IMG/VR virus record: IMGVR_UViG_3300045988_047162
Strand: one strand, 5' to 3'
Length of the DNA stretch: 64,000 nucleotides
From: a virus
Below the pieces are notes generated by a model, which did not search any database, was not told the DNA's origin, and saw only the letters and a program-made list of their open reading frames with translations. The position numbers were made by a program, and so were the translations under genes. Below, piece by piece: positions 62,360 to 64,000 of the stretch (position 1 is its first letter; every line of letters begins with the position of its first letter).

Positions 62360-62984
62360 AAACTCGCGGAACCATCACGAAAAAACCAAAAAAGGCACCA
62401 CGACACGCCGATAAGGCGTTCAGTGGACGATCTGTGGGATGTTCGGCGGCGTTCGCCGTAAGGCCGCTGGCATATCACATGGGCGAGGGAGGACACGGAG
62501 AGAATAGGAGAGAACGCGGACCGCGCACCGGCGTTTCACGCGTGTCAGAAGCGTACCGTCCTCCGACCGTTCGATGTCGGCCGCACCGCATGCATGGACG
62601 CGCCCGCGACCATCAGGGCAGGCCGATTCTCTCCCGGAAGTGTGGGAGAGAACGGAAAGGCAGGCGTGGACAGGAAAGACCGCAGCGGACGTAGATCATG
62701 GACGTTCGACCGGGAACCCAACCATGGGAACGCCCTCATGATTCGTTTCTCGATTGCCAATCCATGATGTCCGTACAGCTGGACCATCCGCGTCCATGGA
62801 GGCTGAAAACCCAGTAAGAGGGTATGGTTGTCTCACTATGTGAGACTTCACGAACTCTACACAAATACCGTTGACACGGTGTCGAAAACACGCAAAAACA
62901 TACCCCCTTTACACGAATTAACACTTTCGTTACATGTTCGTAACATAAAAACCGCCATTTTCCAACGATTTCAAATTTGCGTGT

Positions 62985-63035
62985 TGCGGTCACACGTGAC
63001 CGCAGCGTGACCGCAAATGACCGCAAATGACCACA
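62985..63035. repeat. One inverted plus four direct TGACCGCA repeats spaced 11/10/10 bp (helically phased)
   Basis: tgcggtca (62985-92); tgaccgca at 62997, 63008 and 63018; tgaccaca at 63028. Confidence 0.85.
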
Positions 63036-63053
63036 ACCCCCCGTAAGGTCGAG

Positions 63054-63077
63054 AAAACGTTGGAACGACGCCGTTTT
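63054..63077. promoter_or_regulatory. 24-bp motif, copy B (AAAACG-TTGGAACGACGC-CGTTTT)
   Basis: 20 of 24 positions identical to copy A at 27293-27316. Confidence 0.5.
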
Positions 63078-63124
63078 CAGCACATAAAACAGGCCAAAAA
63101 ACGGCAAAAACACGGTAATACTAG

Positions 63125-63201
63125 TAAGTAAACCTACTCTTATGATATTAGAATTAAGTAAACCTATAAGAACTTGAATTAACCCAAGAGTTTACTTAAC
63201 C
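63125..63201. repeat. AT-rich island with TAAGTAAACC x2 direct (63125, 63155) and one inverted copy (63190-63201)
   Basis: Read directly. A further inverted repeat ttaattac...gtaattaa lies at 63222-63248. Confidence 0.8.
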
Positions 63202-63270
63202 TGCGAAAAAGAAAAAATGTTTTAATTACTCGCTTCGCTCGTAATTAACACATCAAAAAGAAAGTCCGCG

Positions 63271-63279
63271 TGCTAAAAT
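63271..63279 (+). promoter_or_regulatory. Extended -10-like element TGcTAAAAT upstream of thyA
   Basis: Sequence match only; about 120 nt upstream of the thyA ATG. Confidence 0.3.
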
Positions 63280-63395
63280 CGCGTCAGAAGCCAGCCAAAC
63301 GGCTTGACAAGCCGCCAGCAGGCACTCCGCGACCGGTCGGCATCTCCCCGCCGCCCATCTCCCCAAACGCAACCACGAAGGACAATCCGCCCCCA

Positions 63396-64000
63396 ATGCA
63401 ATCCGAATCCGCCGAAGAACAAGAAGCGTTCCTCTCCAAAGCCGACCACCTCCACAAGTGGAGCGGCGAATACCAATACGAAAACCTCCTTCTCGACGTG
63501 CTCCAAAACGGCATCCCGTCCAACGACCGCACCGGCGTCGGCACCATCAGCCTGTTCGGCACACGAATGGAGTTCGACCTATCCAAAGCCTTCCCCCTCA
63601 TCACCAGCAAGAAGGTCTTCCTCAAAGGCGTCATCTACGAGCTTCTATGGTTCCTCAAAGGCGACACCAACGTGCGTTGGCTACAGGAGCACGGAGTGCA
63701 CATCTGGGACGAATGGGCGGACGCCAACGGCGATCTCGGACCCGTCTACGGATGCCAGTGGCGCAATTGGCCGACCGACCTAGGCGGCATCGACCAGATC
63801 GCCAACGCCATTGAGACCATCCGTGAAGACCCGCACTCCCGACGCATCATCGTCAACAGCTGGAACGTCGAATTCCTAAGCCGGATGGCATTGCCGCCAT
63901 GCCACTGCCTGTTCCAATTCCATGTGCGCGGCGACAGGCTCGACTGCCAGCTGTACCAGCGTTCCTGCGACATGTTCCTCGGCGTGCCGTTCAATATCGC
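63396..64000 (+). CDS. thyA: Thymidylate synthase (5' part; runs off the window)
   Basis: Hand translation: ...[12 protein letters not shown]...[33 protein letters not shown]...[11 protein letters not shown]...DQI...[12 protein letters not shown]...[12 protein letters not shown]...[17 protein letters not shown]. These are canonical ThyA motifs. Confidence 0.9.
   Translation, partial: MQSESAEEQEAFLSKADHLHKWSGEYQYENLLLDVLQNGIPSNDRTGVGTISLFGTRMEFDLSKAFPLITSKKVFLKGVIYELLWFLKGDTNVRWLQEHGVHIWDEWADANGDLGPVYGCQWRNWPTDLGGIDQIANAIETIREDPHSRRIIVNSWNVEFLSRMALPPCHCLFQFHVRGDRLDCQLYQRSCDMFLGVPFNI

Noticed and set aside
62985-63035. CRISPR-like array
   Set aside because: The repeat units are only 8 bp with 2-3-bp spacers. 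There is no spacer-sized unique sequence and there are no cas genes. No CRISPR array is present anywhere in the window.

Overview
Almost the whole window (1-62264) is one temperate siphovirus-type prophage in high-G+C DNA. The host looks actinobacterial, possibly Bifidobacterium-like, but that is inferred only from composition and protein style. The left end lies outside the window.

Layout, left to right:
- 87-18208 (+): a long early/replication/accessory arm. It holds a Bro-N antirepressor, a DivIVA-domain protein, RecT, SSB, a PD-(D/E)xK nuclease, a replication organiser, an Orn-like DEDDh exonuclease, dUTPase, DUF3310, a Lar-like protein, an orphan DNA methyltransferase, an AT-rich GNAT moron, a metallophosphoesterase and many orphan ORFs.
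- 18390-26401 (-): an 8-kb block of 19 small, mostly acidic orphan genes whose main operon ends in two XRE HTH genes.
- 26402-27879: a 1.4-kb repeat-rich non-coding hub.
- 27880-29052: a tRNA array. Four tRNAs fold by hand; two T-arm/acceptor-like orphans do not.
- 29066-59935 (+): two HNH genes, TerS/TerL, portal, MuF-like protein, scaffold, decoration protein, lambda-E-like capsid, connector proteins, major tail protein, G/GT chaperone with a GGGAAAA slippery site, a 2120-aa tape measure, Dit and minor tail proteins, a 1618-aa fibre, three tandem paralogous receptor-binding-like cassettes (one carrying a G10 tract) and the lysis cassette.
- 60080-62264: a small moron between twin terminators, a tyrosine integrase (-), and a 3' fragment of tRNA-Asn(GTT) that marks the att core.
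- Right of the core: 1.1 kb of repeat-laden non-coding DNA that still carries phage-type repeats, then the 5' part of thyA.

Most interesting items: the reverse-oriented acidic-protein island with Aca-like HTH genes; the three cassettes sharing an FxGDTMP tail, one with a G10 tract; a membrane-anchored copy of a fibre repeat inside the lysis cassette; the non-coding hub and tRNA-like orphans; and the attP-like symmetry around the tRNA-Asn fragment. All functional calls come from motif recognition by eye. No database search was run.
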